Made by a program: the position numbers and the translations under genes. A stretch of DNA of 51,019 bases, from positions 1 to 51,019 of IMG/VR virus record IMGVR_UViG_3300037264_001118; one strand, 5' to 3'. The stretch is from a virus. Lineage: Duplodnaviria > Caudoviricetes. This document shows positions 18,344-26,116 of the stretch, piece after piece. The notes under the pieces were generated by a model. The model made no database searches, was not told where the DNA came from, and worked only from the letters and a program-made list of their open reading frames with translations. Numbering within the stretch: the first letter of the stretch is position 1; each line of letters opens with the position of its first letter.

Positions 18344-20413
18344 ATGATTACCGAAGAAGCGGCGAAAGCCGTAAGGGGCTTTGTTGTCCACGGCGTCACG
18401 TTCGAAGACATGGCGGGCGACCAAGTAATAGGGGATTGCCCGTTCAGCGGAACACCCAAAAAGTTCTATGTCAACTTCAAGAACAAACTTTGGGATTCCA
18501 AAACGGCGGGCTTGTCCGGCAACTTCCAAAAGTTCTTGGAGATTGTCGCCAAGGAAAACGCCGACGCTTTCCGGGCAACCCCTGAAGCCCAAAAGGTCTT
18601 GGCTATCTCCCGCCAGCTTCCCAAGTCCGCCTTTGAAAAGTGGGGCATCGGCTTTGACGGCGGCAACTTCACCATTCCGGTTCGGAATGAAAAAGGGAAG
18701 ATCGTAGACCTTCGGACGTGGCGACCGAAGCGCAAATCCATGTCCACGCCCGGCGTTCAAACCGGGATGTTCGGGCATGAACAGTTGCACGACCCCGCGC
18801 GGAAATCGGAGCCTGTTTATATTTGTGAAGGCGAGTGGGACGCTATCGCCCTTGATTGGCTGTTGCGTCTTCTTCAGAAACCCGGAATCGTCGTCGGGCT
18901 CCCCGGGGCCAACACGTTGAAAACCGAATGGGTTCCGTCCTTCAATGGCCGGGACGTTCGGGCCATGTACGACGCCGACGACGCCGGGGCGCAAGGCGAA
19001 GCGCGCTGTTATGAACTGTTGTCGGCGGCGGCGAAGTCCCTTCGGTTCGTGGAGTGGCCCCCCGCTTCGCCGGACGGCTTCGACGTGCGGGACTGGATCG
19101 TTGCCGGGGCCGTCAAGGGGAAGAAGCCCCGGGCGTGTCTGTTCGCGCTGGAAGCCATGATCCGGGGGACCAAGCCCCGGACCAAGCAAGGCGCGGGGGC
19201 CGACAAGGAAGAAGAAGGCGGCGAACCCAAGCCCGAATTGAAACCGATTACGCGCCAAGAACTTTTCATGGAATATAAGAAATGGCTTCATATGCGCGAC
19301 GACGAACCCCTTGCGGTCATGTTCGGAACGTGCTTCGCCAACCGTCTTCAGGGCGACCCGCTTTGGTTGTTCTTCGTGGCCCCGCCCGGCGGCATGAAGT
19401 CGGAACTTCTTATGACTCTGAATCTGTCGCCCGAAACCTATTCCGTTTCGACCCTTACGCCCCATGCCCTAGTGTCCGGCGCGTCGTGGGTCGGGGGCGA
19501 AGACCCGTCGTTGATTCCGAAGCTGGACGGAAAGGTTTTGATTATCAAGGACTTTACGACCACGCTTCAAATGAACCCGTTAGCCCGGGATGAAATCTTC
19601 GGGCAGTTGCGGGACGCTTACGACGGCAAGTTCGAAAAGGTTTTCGGTAACGGCATCGTCCGGCGGTACGAATCCACGTTCGGAATCATCGCGGGCGTTA
19701 CGCCGAACATTGACGCTTTCTCTTCGCTCCATTCCGGGTTGGGCGAAAGGTTCTTGAAGTATAGGCTTGAAGGCAATACGGTACACCTTGACGAAAAGGA
19801 AAGAATCTTGCGGGCAATCGGGAACATCAACCAAGAAAACAAGATGCGCGACGGCTTGAAGGACGCCGCCGCCCGGTTCCTTTCCCAAAAAATGCCCGAC
19901 CCGGAACCCAAGGTTTCGCCGGGCATGGCTTCACGGATTGCCGACCTTGCCATGCTTGCCGCACGTATGCGCGGCGTGGTGAACCGGGATAAGTACGACT
20001 ATAGGCTTATGACGAACAAGGCCAGCTTTGAAATCGGAACCCGGTTGGGCAAACAGATTTCCAAACTGGCGATAGGCGTAGCCGTGTATTACGGCGAGAA
20101 AGTCCCAAGCGAAAGGACTTACAAATTGGTGACGCGCGTTACCATGTCCACGGTCCCCGACAAAGTGGAAGAAGTCGTCCACGGGCTTTGGAAGCTATGC
20201 CCCAACCCGAACAGCGCGGCCCCGACGCCCGCCATTAACAAGGCATGTTCCCGCCTTACGCCGTCAACGATCTTCCGAACCCTTCAGGACTTGGCCGTTA
20301 TCGGCATGGTCCACCAAATCGGGAGCGGGAACAAGTACCAATGGCAATTGGACGAATCCATTAAGAACTTAATTAAGGGGGCGAATGCTTATGGCGTGGC
20401 AAGGCTCAATTAA
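18344..20413 (+). CDS. TOPRIM primase fused to an AAA+ (MCM-like) helicase
   Basis: ICEGEWDA and YDADDAG TOPRIM motifs. APPGGMKS Walker A, IIKDF Walker B, LRDAYDG and ERFL. wHTH-like C-terminus. Confidence 0.8.
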   Translation: MITEEAAKAVRGFVVHGVTFEDMAGDQVIGDCPFSGTPKKFYVNFKNKLWDSKTAGLSGNFQKFLEIVAKENADAFRATPEAQKVLAISRQLPKSAFEKWGIGFDGGNFTIPVRNEKGKIVDLRTWRPKRKSMSTPGVQTGMFGHEQLHDPARKSEPVYICEGEWDAIALDWLLRLLQKPGIVVGLPGANTLKTEWVPSFNGRDVRAMYDADDAGAQGEARCYELLSAAAKSLRFVEWPPASPDGFDVRDWIVAGAVKGKKPRACLFALEAMIRGTKPRTKQGAGADKEEEGGEPKPELKPITRQELFMEYKKWLHMRDDEPLAVMFGTCFANRLQGDPLWLFFVAPPGGMKSELLMTLNLSPETYSVSTLTPHALVSGASWVGGEDPSLIPKLDGKVLIIKDFTTTLQMNPLARDEIFGQLRDAYDGKFEKVFGNGIVRRYESTFGIIAGVTPNIDAFSSLHSGLGERFLKYRLEGNTVHLDEKERILRAIGNINQENKMRDGLKDAAARFLSQKMPDPEPKVSPGMASRIADLAMLAARMRGVVNRDKYDYRLMTNKASFEIGTRLGKQISKLAIGVAVYYGEKVPSERTYKLVTRVTMSTVPDKVEEVVHGLWKLCPNPNSAAPTPAINKACSRLTPSTIFRTLQDLAVIGMVHQIGSGNKYQWQLDESIKNLIKGANAYGVARLN

Positions 20414-20696
20414 GATTGGGGCGTCCGAAGGCGGGCGCGTCCTGATTATGTATCGTGGGGAATTCCGGGTCTACGACGTGGGGACCGCCGACGCCGTGGA
20501 CAAGTTGCGCCGTATTGCTTCAACAAGTCACGTTGCCGCAATGCAGTTCGTCGCGCGTTTCCCCCGGGTTCCCGAAGCGGAAAAGGCCCATGTTGAATCC
20601 CTGAAGGCGGGGCAAGCCGCCGAATTCAAGGCCATACTTGAAGCGGTCCAACAGCCTTTGAAGGTCCGGCCCGACAAGAAAGGCAAAGGGAAATGA
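20391..20696 (+). CDS. Hypothetical protein
   Basis: Purine-rich RBS; coupled to neighbouring genes. Confidence 0.6.
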   Translation: MAWQGSIKIGASEGGRVLIMYRGEFRVYDVGTADAVDKLRRIASTSHVAAMQFVARFPRVPEAEKAHVESLKAGQAAEFKAILEAVQQPLKVRPDKKGKGK

Positions 20697-21040
20697 TGGA
20701 CGACAAGTTGCCCGACCAACTGAACATGGACAAGGCTTCTTCGGCCTTCAAGAACCTTGCCGCCCGCACGTCCTATAAGAAACTCCTGAAGACCTTGGAC
20801 GGTCGGCGGGGCGTGTTCCGTGGCGGGTACAACCCGACCCGGGAAGACGACCGCGACCGCGTGGCCCGGGAGCGGGAACGCGAAGTCGCCCGGCTCCGGT
20901 CGGAAGAATTCGATTGCGAACGGCTGGCCCGGGAGTCCGACAGGGCCGGGGACTTCAAACGCTTTGCCCGCTTTTGGAACCGCATGGACGCGGCCCGGCG
21001 GGACTTGGTACGGCTTGGGGCGGCGGGTCCGGGGGCCTAG
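20693..21040 (+). CDS. Hypothetical charged helical protein
   Basis: ATGA overlap with the upstream gene. Confidence 0.55.
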   Translation: MMDDKLPDQLNMDKASSAFKNLAARTSYKKLLKTLDGRRGVFRGGYNPTREDDRDRVAREREREVARLRSEEFDCERLARESDRAGDFKRFARFWNRMDAARRDLVRLGAAGPGA

Positions 21041-21043
21041 GCC

Positions 21044-21295
21044 GTGGCCCGAAGGGACCGGGTTAGGGCTTACTTCAGGCGATTGGAGTTGGTCAAGACA
21101 CTTGGGGGAAAATGCGTCGATTGTAAAACCAAGGGGACCGTTCGAAACGGACTTCAAATCGACCACGTTAACGGACGTAATTACGACGTGCGAAAAATGG
21201 ACCCTTCTTGGCGCGTTATAAAGTATTGGCAAGAGTACAACGCGGGGGTTCCGTTGGCCGTTCGTTGCAAGAGTTGTAACAGCCGAAAGCATTAG
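21044..21295 (+). CDS. HNH endonuclease
   Basis: LGGKCVDC...LQIDHVNG...CKSCN motif. Confidence 0.8.
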   Translation: MARRDRVRAYFRRLELVKTLGGKCVDCKTKGTVRNGLQIDHVNGRNYDVRKMDPSWRVIKYWQEYNAGVPLAVRCKSCNSRKH

Positions 21296-21303
21296 GGGGG
21301 ACC

Positions 21304-21594
21304 ATGGAACTAATCCACAAGGAAGGGCCTTTCCATTTCAGCACTAGCAGGGACGGTAAAATCCAAATCGAATTGCCGGACGGCCACGGCCCGGGGTTGA
21401 CTTACGAAGAGTTGAAGCAACTTGCCCACGGAGCCCGCCACGTAACGGGACTGATTACCAACGGGCTTCCGGTCCCGACTCCGATTTGTCGGCATCGTTG
21501 CCGGACGTGCGACGAAGTTTGGTCCCACGACCCGTTGAAGCTGGAATGCGTTTGGGCTTACGATGAACTTTGCGGCGAATGCGCCGGGAAATGA
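21304..21594 (+). CDS. Hypothetical protein with Cys/His-rich C-terminus
   Basis: GGGGG RBS; HRCRTC..H..C..CGEC. Confidence 0.6.
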   Translation: MELIHKEGPFHFSTSRDGKIQIELPDGHGPGLTYEELKQLAHGARHVTGLITNGLPVPTPICRHRCRTCDEVWSHDPLKLECVWAYDELCGECAGK

Positions 21595-22037
21595 AAGGGT
21601 TTAGAATGCGGCATATGTCCGATATGGAATTGGTGGACGCGGAACGCGCGTGGATTCTATACGCGGGGGCCAACAGTATTAAGGTTGATGATACCAAAGT
21701 ATCCGTTAAGCAACGGCGCGCGTTCATGGCCGGACTTGAAATCGCGTTGGGCATGGTGGACGGGGCCAAGGCCCGGGAGCGTTTCCAAACGGAACGGTTC
21801 GCCCGTGCGTTCATGCTGGCCGGACAGCTTTACAAGTTGTTGACCCAATGCCTTATGGTCCTGAACAACATTCGGAAACGGATTGTCGTAGGGCCGGAAG
21901 AGAAGCCCGCCGACACCTTGGGCATTGGGCAAACTATCGAAGTTGTGGCGTCCGCGCTGAAGTCGGCCAAGACCATTCTATTGACGTTGGACGCCGTACA
22001 ACCCGACGCGAACGGGAACCCCACAAATGAACGTTGA
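21591..22037 (+). CDS. Hypothetical protein
   Basis: ATGA coupling. Start may be 21606. Confidence 0.6.
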   Translation: MKGFRMRHMSDMELVDAERAWILYAGANSIKVDDTKVSVKQRRAFMAGLEIALGMVDGAKARERFQTERFARAFMLAGQLYKLLTQCLMVLNNIRKRIVVGPEEKPADTLGIGQTIEVVASALKSAKTILLTLDAVQPDANGNPTNER

Positions 22038-22302
22038 AGACGAACCCCCTATCATGGTCGTTGCGCGGGGCGCGGTCTATTGGGGGTACGCGGTCGAACG
22101 CCGGGGCAAGCGCGAAGCGTGGTTGCTCCGTTCCCCGACCGGGGGTTTCCGGTATGCGTCCATACACGCGGCTTTGTATCACTACACGCCGGAAGCGTTC
22201 GCCAAGTTGTCCGCGCTGTTCGGCTCCAAGGACAATTCGGACGACACTTTCCAAAGCGATTGGGAAGCCATAGTCGCTTCGCTCAAAGCGTTTACGGGTT
22301 GA
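22027..22302 (+). CDS. Hypothetical protein
   Basis: Overlaps the upstream stop; typical codon usage for this genome. Confidence 0.55.
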   Translation: MNVEDEPPIMVVARGAVYWGYAVERRGKREAWLLRSPTGGFRYASIHAALYHYTPEAFAKLSALFGSKDNSDDTFQSDWEAIVASLKAFTG

Positions 22303-22328
22303 CATATAGGGGGAACGGGAGTCATTCT

Positions 22329-22610
22329 ATGGACACCATGACGGCGGAAGAGTACCAAGAGAACTTGAAAACGTGCGGACTTGCGGCCATGTTCCTTGAA
22401 AGAGTGGACGTTTCCGACATGCTGGCCCGGATCGAAAAGGCCGACAGCTTGGGGGCCGTGCTGGACCCCACGCTTTACCGGGAGAAGCGCGAAGCCATGA
22501 TGGAAGACAAGGAACTTTTGGAAGCCGCCAAGCCCCTTTGGGATTATGCCCGGAAGGTCCGGGCCTTGCGTATCAATCAGCTTCAGAAAAACCGACAGGA
22601 CGAAACCTAG
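22329..22610 (+). CDS. Hypothetical protein
   Basis: GGAG RBS, then MDTMTAEEY... (C-terminal part of track ORF 22080..22610). Confidence 0.65.
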   Translation: MDTMTAEEYQENLKTCGLAAMFLERVDVSDMLARIEKADSLGAVLDPTLYREKREAMMEDKELLEAAKPLWDYARKVRALRINQLQKNRQDET

Positions 22611-22636
22611 TTTTCAACTTCATTGGAGGATTGACC

Positions 22637-22915
22637 ATGGCGCGTAAGTTCCCCGTATTCGAAGTGTTCTTCGGAAACCGTTCGGGCGAATTCCGTTGGC
22701 GGCTCCGATCCAAGAACGGTTTGATTATCGCGTCTTCCGGCGAAGGCTACAAACAGCGCGCCGGAATCGTGAACGCCATTCGAGCGGTCAAGCTGGCCGC
22801 TTCCCGGGGCGTGGTGGAAGCCGTCAAGGTCGTTCCCGCCCGGCTGTTGAAGAAGGCCAAGCCCAAGGCGAAGCCCAAGCCCAAGGCGAAAGCCCCGGCC
22901 AAGGTTCCCGCGTAA
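22637..22915 (+). CDS. YegP/DUF1508-family protein with Lys/Pro/Ala tail
   Basis: FEVF..GEFRWRLRSKNGLIIASSGEGYK..NAIRAVK signature. GGAGG RBS. Confidence 0.85.
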   Translation: MARKFPVFEVFFGNRSGEFRWRLRSKNGLIIASSGEGYKQRAGIVNAIRAVKLAASRGVVEAVKVVPARLLKKAKPKAKPKPKAKAPAKVPA

Positions 22916-22936
22916 CTGCCTTTTCCTCCCTCTCTC

Positions 22937-22987
22937 GAAAGCCCCCCGGGTCGGTCGCAAAGACTCCCCGGGGGGCTTTTCTTTTTT
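22937..22987 (+). terminator. Intrinsic terminator
   Basis: aaagccccccggg...cccggggggcttt stem followed by a long T-run. Confidence 0.85.
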
Positions 22988-22998
22988 ACGAACGCCTA

Positions 22999-23026
22999 TT
23001 GACTTTATGCCATAAAGTGCGATACT
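22999..23026 (+). promoter_or_regulatory. Promoter TTGACT-N16-GATACT overlapping palindromic operator CTTTATGCCATAAAG
   Basis: Copy 1 of the repeated cassette. Confidence 0.8.
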
Positions 23027-23032
23027 TGAAGC

Positions 23033-23347
23033 ATGGAAACCAACGGCGCGGACACTTTGGACGCGCGGGGTATTTCCAGTCGAAAGGGGCAAGCCATGAA
23101 AAAGCGCAACGCGAACACGATCATTCGGGCCGAAATGCTCGCCAACGAACGGGTTTTCTTTTCCATGGTCCGCGAAGCCAACAAAGACGGCAAGCGTTAT
23201 CAGCCTTCGGTATGGCTTAACAAGTCTTCCCACAACGCGCTTACGCGGCTGGAACGCAAGGGCCGAATCGTGTTCATTGCCGGGACCGTGCTTGGCCGTA
23301 AGGGGTGGGCTCCGTCCGGTTATGTCGTCGTGAACAAGGCCAAGTAA
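23033..23347 (+). CDS. Small basic protein, possible winged helix (second start at 23096)
   Basis: SHNALTRLERKGRIVF...GYVV resembles a wHTH helix plus wing. Two in-frame ATGs. Confidence 0.6.
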   Translation: METNGADTLDARGISSRKGQAMKKRNANTIIRAEMLANERVFFSMVREANKDGKRYQPSVWLNKSSHNALTRLERKGRIVFIAGTVLGRKGWAPSGYVVVNKAK

Positions 23348-23374
23348 CCCCAACCCCCATTGAAAGGAACAGCC

Positions 23375-23671
23375 GTGAAGAACACTTGTGAACAGCGCGT
23401 CGGGTCGATAATGACGGGACGCCACGTTTGCGGGAAGCCCGCGACCATGACCCACGAAGACCGGGCCTATTGCGGCATCCATGACCCCGTGAAGCGGAAG
23501 GACAAGGCCGACGCCCGCTATGCGGAAGCCCGCGCCCTTGACCAGCACCGTTTCGAAGTTCAGGAAGCCAAGGGCGACCTTGTGCGGGCCGCGTTGGACG
23601 CCGCCCCGGAGTCCCTGCCCCCCGCCCTTCGGGAAGCGGTCGCGGCCTATCGGTCCATGATCGGCAAATAA
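23375..23671 (+). CDS. Hypothetical protein with C..C..CxxH zinc motif
   Basis: gaaagga RBS with GTG start; YCGIHDP. Confidence 0.6.
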   Translation: MKNTCEQRVGSIMTGRHVCGKPATMTHEDRAYCGIHDPVKRKDKADARYAEARALDQHRFEVQEAKGDLVRAALDAAPESLPPALREAVAAYRSMIGK

Positions 23672-23692
23672 CCCCCCCCCCCCCCGGTCAAG

Positions 23693-23733
23693 GAAAGGCT
23701 CCCCACCCCCCAAAAGGGGGGCCTTTTTCTTTT
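23693..23733 (+). terminator. Intrinsic terminator
   Basis: GC-rich hairpin (aaaggctcccc...ggggggccttt) followed by a T-run, just before the next promoter. Confidence 0.7.
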
Positions 23734-23754
23734 CCCCCCATGTCGCTTTGGGCG

Positions 23755-23782
23755 TTGACTTTATGCCATAAAGGGGTATGAT
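23755..23782 (+). promoter_or_regulatory. Promoter TTGACT-N16-TATGAT with operator
   Basis: Copy 2 of the cassette. Confidence 0.85.
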
Positions 23783-23788
23783 TTGGGT

Positions 23789-24286
23789 ATGAAGAACAAC
23801 GACGCGGCGACCACTACGGGAGCCGGGGTTTCTTCGAACGGAAAGGGGCTTACCATGGCGGGCAAAATGAAAAAGGGAACCCCGGTTGTGCAAATCAACT
23901 TTTGGAACGGGGGGCTTACTGGCGACACGTTCACGATTAGTACCCGGAAAATGGTTCTCAAGAGCATGGGGGCCAAACAGGGAACGGCAACGGTTGTGTC
24001 TAGCGGGGAAATGGCCCTGCATAGGTTTTACGCGGAACAGATTGGAAAAACGATTTTCGCGGAAAGCGAACTGTCCGAAGCCCGGATTATGGAAATCGCC
24101 AAGGCCATGCAGGACGCCACAATCAAGGCCGAAACGGATACCCTTAATTGGCGCGTGGAGAACTGGGGCGAAGCCGAAGGCCGTTACTACGAAAAGTTCG
24201 TCAACAACGCTAAGAAGCCGCTTCGGGTCGCTTCATACGAAACCCTTTGCGCGGAAGTAAAAACCGAAGTCCAAGGCATGAAGTAG
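23789..24286 (+). CDS. Hypothetical early protein (second start at 23855)
   Basis: Single-gene cassette between a promoter and a terminator. Confidence 0.7.
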   Translation: MKNNDAATTTGAGVSSNGKGLTMAGKMKKGTPVVQINFWNGGLTGDTFTISTRKMVLKSMGAKQGTATVVSSGEMALHRFYAEQIGKTIFAESELSEARIMEIAKAMQDATIKAETDTLNWRVENWGEAEGRYYEKFVNNAKKPLRVASYETLCAEVKTEVQGMK

Positions 24287-24304
24287 CCCCCGACCCCGGC
24301 CAGT

Positions 24305-24336
24305 AGAAAGGCCCCCGAAAGGGGGCTTTTTTATTT
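24305..24336 (+). terminator. Intrinsic terminator
   Basis: gccccc-gaaa-gggggc followed by tttttt. Confidence 0.9.
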
Positions 24337-24358
24337 GCTTCGAATCGTATTTGGACCG

Positions 24359-24386
24359 TTGACTTTATGCCATAAAAGGATACGAT
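24359..24386 (+). promoter_or_regulatory. Promoter TTGACT-N16-TACGAT with operator
   Basis: Copy 3 of the cassette. Confidence 0.85.
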
Positions 24387-24392
24387 TTAGGT

Positions 24393-24785
24393 ATGAAGAA
24401 CCACGCGGCGGGCCTTTCGCGCGCCGGGGTTTCTTCGATGAAGGGTTCCACCATGATGCACGGAAACGAACTTCCCATCCGGCGGACGATCTACGTTAAG
24501 CCCTGCCCCGACTTCGTGGCGGCGGTTGTGAACATGGAAGCCCGCATCAAGCAAGGCGCGAAGACCCCCCGGACTTGCGCCGAAGTCCGCAAGTTCGTGG
24601 GCGAGTTCGGCGGCATCAAGGAATGGACCTTGCGCCGACACCCCACGGGTTACTTTTACGTGACGGGGTACGAAGCGGACGGCAAGCCCTTTTCCACGTC
24701 CAGCATTTGCATTCATGCGCTACGTCAAACCACGTTGGCGGACTGGCGCGAAATCGTGGAACGGAACATCGTGGAAGCCCTTTAG
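24393..24785 (+). CDS. Hypothetical early protein (second start at 24453)
   Basis: First gene after promoter copy 3. Confidence 0.65.
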   Translation: MKNHAAGLSRAGVSSMKGSTMMHGNELPIRRTIYVKPCPDFVAAVVNMEARIKQGAKTPRTCAEVRKFVGEFGGIKEWTLRRHPTGYFYVTGYEADGKPFSTSSICIHALRQTTLADWREIVERNIVEAL

Positions 24786-24791
24786 GGAGGA

Positions 24792-25196
24792 ATGGACATG
24801 GACAAGATGGAAAAGGGCGGCTTGGTCCGGGTCAAGGCTGGTCGGCTGGCTGGCCGGGAAGCCACGGTCTATTGGGTGTCCGGCGACGGCTCCCGCATCG
24901 GCGCGAAGTTCGGACACGCGACGGCGGCGGACGGCCCCAAGTTCCTTGACACTATGTTTTGGTTCAGCATGGCGGACGTGGAAGCCGTGTCTTGGGGCTA
25001 CGAACGCGACGGCATGGAGGAAGTCCACCGTTGCGCGCGTTGCGCCGGAACGGGCGCGTTCATTACGTGCGTGGTCAACGGCCAGCCGTCCGGCCCCGGC
25101 GGGTCGTGCTTCCGTTGCGGCGGCAAGGGCCGCGTGAACGGGGAAGACCGGGAACGGAATTGGGGCTTTGATATGTTCGGTCGGAGGGTCCGCTAG
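24792..25196 (+). CDS. Hypothetical protein with a DnaJ-type CxxCxGxG zinc finger
   Basis: CARCAGTG...CFRCGGKG; GGAGG RBS. Confidence 0.7.
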   Translation: MDMDKMEKGGLVRVKAGRLAGREATVYWVSGDGSRIGAKFGHATAADGPKFLDTMFWFSMADVEAVSWGYERDGMEEVHRCARCAGTGAFITCVVNGQPSGPGGSCFRCGGKGRVNGEDRERNWGFDMFGRRVR

Positions 25197-25231
25197 ACTT
25201 TATGCCATAACGTCCCTTTATGCCGTAAAGT
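25197..25231. promoter_or_regulatory. Tandem degenerate operator copies
   Basis: ctttatgccataacg and ctttatgccgtaaag, 18 bp apart. Confidence 0.7.
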
Positions 25232-25356
25232 GTAAACGCTTTACGTAAATTGTCACAACCGAACCCCGATTCCCAATCGGAATTGGCTTGGCATGGCGTT
25301 TGCGTGTAGTACCGTGGTTGTTGGTTCTTTGAAATTCTGTTTGGAGGAAAGGCGCA

Positions 25357-25875
25357 ATGTCTGATCCACAACGGCGGCGGGTCTACGCGGCGGAAAAGTA
25401 CATCCCCCAAGGGCGCACGTTGGCGGAAGTCCCCGACGTTCAAGCCTACGTTGATAGGCTGGTCCGTGAACCGTGGTTCCGGTATTACTGGAAGCTGAAC
25501 CGAATCACGGTCAAGGACGGGCGGCGGCGGTCTTCGGGCTATGCGAACAGTTGGGGCGACGTTATCGGGCTCCCCCGGTCAACCCGGTTTGAACGGTACG
25601 TCTTGCACGAAGTCGCCCATTTGGTGTCCGTGGGGGACAACCACGGCCCCCGGTACTGTCGGAACTTCGTCCGGCTGGTTGATGGGGTGTTCGGGCGGCA
25701 TACCGCTATGCTGTTGGAAGGGGCCTTCCGTGGGAAGGGGTGCGAATTCGCCCCCGAAACGGTGACGGCCAAGGACGCCGGGGCTAGGCTTCAGGAGCCC
25801 GCCAAGGCGGTTCCTAGGCCCGAAGTCCGGGCGGCTGGCCCCAAGTGCTGTCCGACGTGCAAGCGCGCGTTGTAG
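25357..25875 (+). CDS. HEXXH metallohydrolase (SprT-like / Rv0185-like)
   Basis: DPQRRRVYAAE N-terminus and LHEVAH...HGPRY. Confidence 0.8.
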   Translation: MSDPQRRRVYAAEKYIPQGRTLAEVPDVQAYVDRLVREPWFRYYWKLNRITVKDGRRRSSGYANSWGDVIGLPRSTRFERYVLHEVAHLVSVGDNHGPRYCRNFVRLVDGVFGRHTAMLLEGAFRGKGCEFAPETVTAKDAGARLQEPAKAVPRPEVRAAGPKCCPTCKRAL

Positions 25876-25941
25876 GGCCTTAGAGGGGGTGGGGAAAGGG
25901 CTAGGGGGTTCGACTCCCCTTAGCCCCGGTAATATTCGCAA

Positions 25942-26012
25942 GGGCCTAGTTTGGTAGCATCGTCGGGACGTGGAACCCGGCGATTGGGGTTCAATCCCCC
26001 ATAGGTCCACCA
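25942..26012 (+). tRNA. Atypical tRNA-like RNA (reduced D arm, non-canonical 8-nt anticodon loop)
   Basis: Acceptor gggccta/taggtcc plus ACCA, T arm tgggg-ttcaatc-cccca, and stem tcggg/cccgg around acgtggaa. Confidence 0.55.
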
Positions 26013-26039
26013 ATCTTATTTGGGTCAATCGGATTTGGA

Positions 26040-26067
26040 TTGACTTTATGGCATGGTGGGATAGAAT
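26040..26067 (+). promoter_or_regulatory. Promoter TTGACT-N16-TAGAAT with partial operator
   Basis: Copy 4. ctttatggcat is the first 11 nt of the operator in the opposite orientation. Confidence 0.75.
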
Positions 26068-26116
26068 CCTAGTGGTGATTGACGAAGGACGGACCCTTTT
26101 TTATGGAGGAAAGCGC

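Noticed and set aside
18104-19465. Long minus-strand ORF (453 aa), and similar ones at 22607-24022 and 26069-27316
   Set aside because: Antisense shadows of well-supported + strand genes in GC-rich DNA. They have no motifs and some cross promoters and terminators.
23672-23685. C14 homopolymer as a phase-variation switch
   Set aside because: It lies between a stop codon and a terminator, so length change has no obvious effect. The run length may also be a sequencing artefact.
22999-25231. CRISPR or mini-array made of the ctttatgccataaag repeats
   Set aside because: Copies are hundreds of bp apart, separated by genes, and embedded in promoters.
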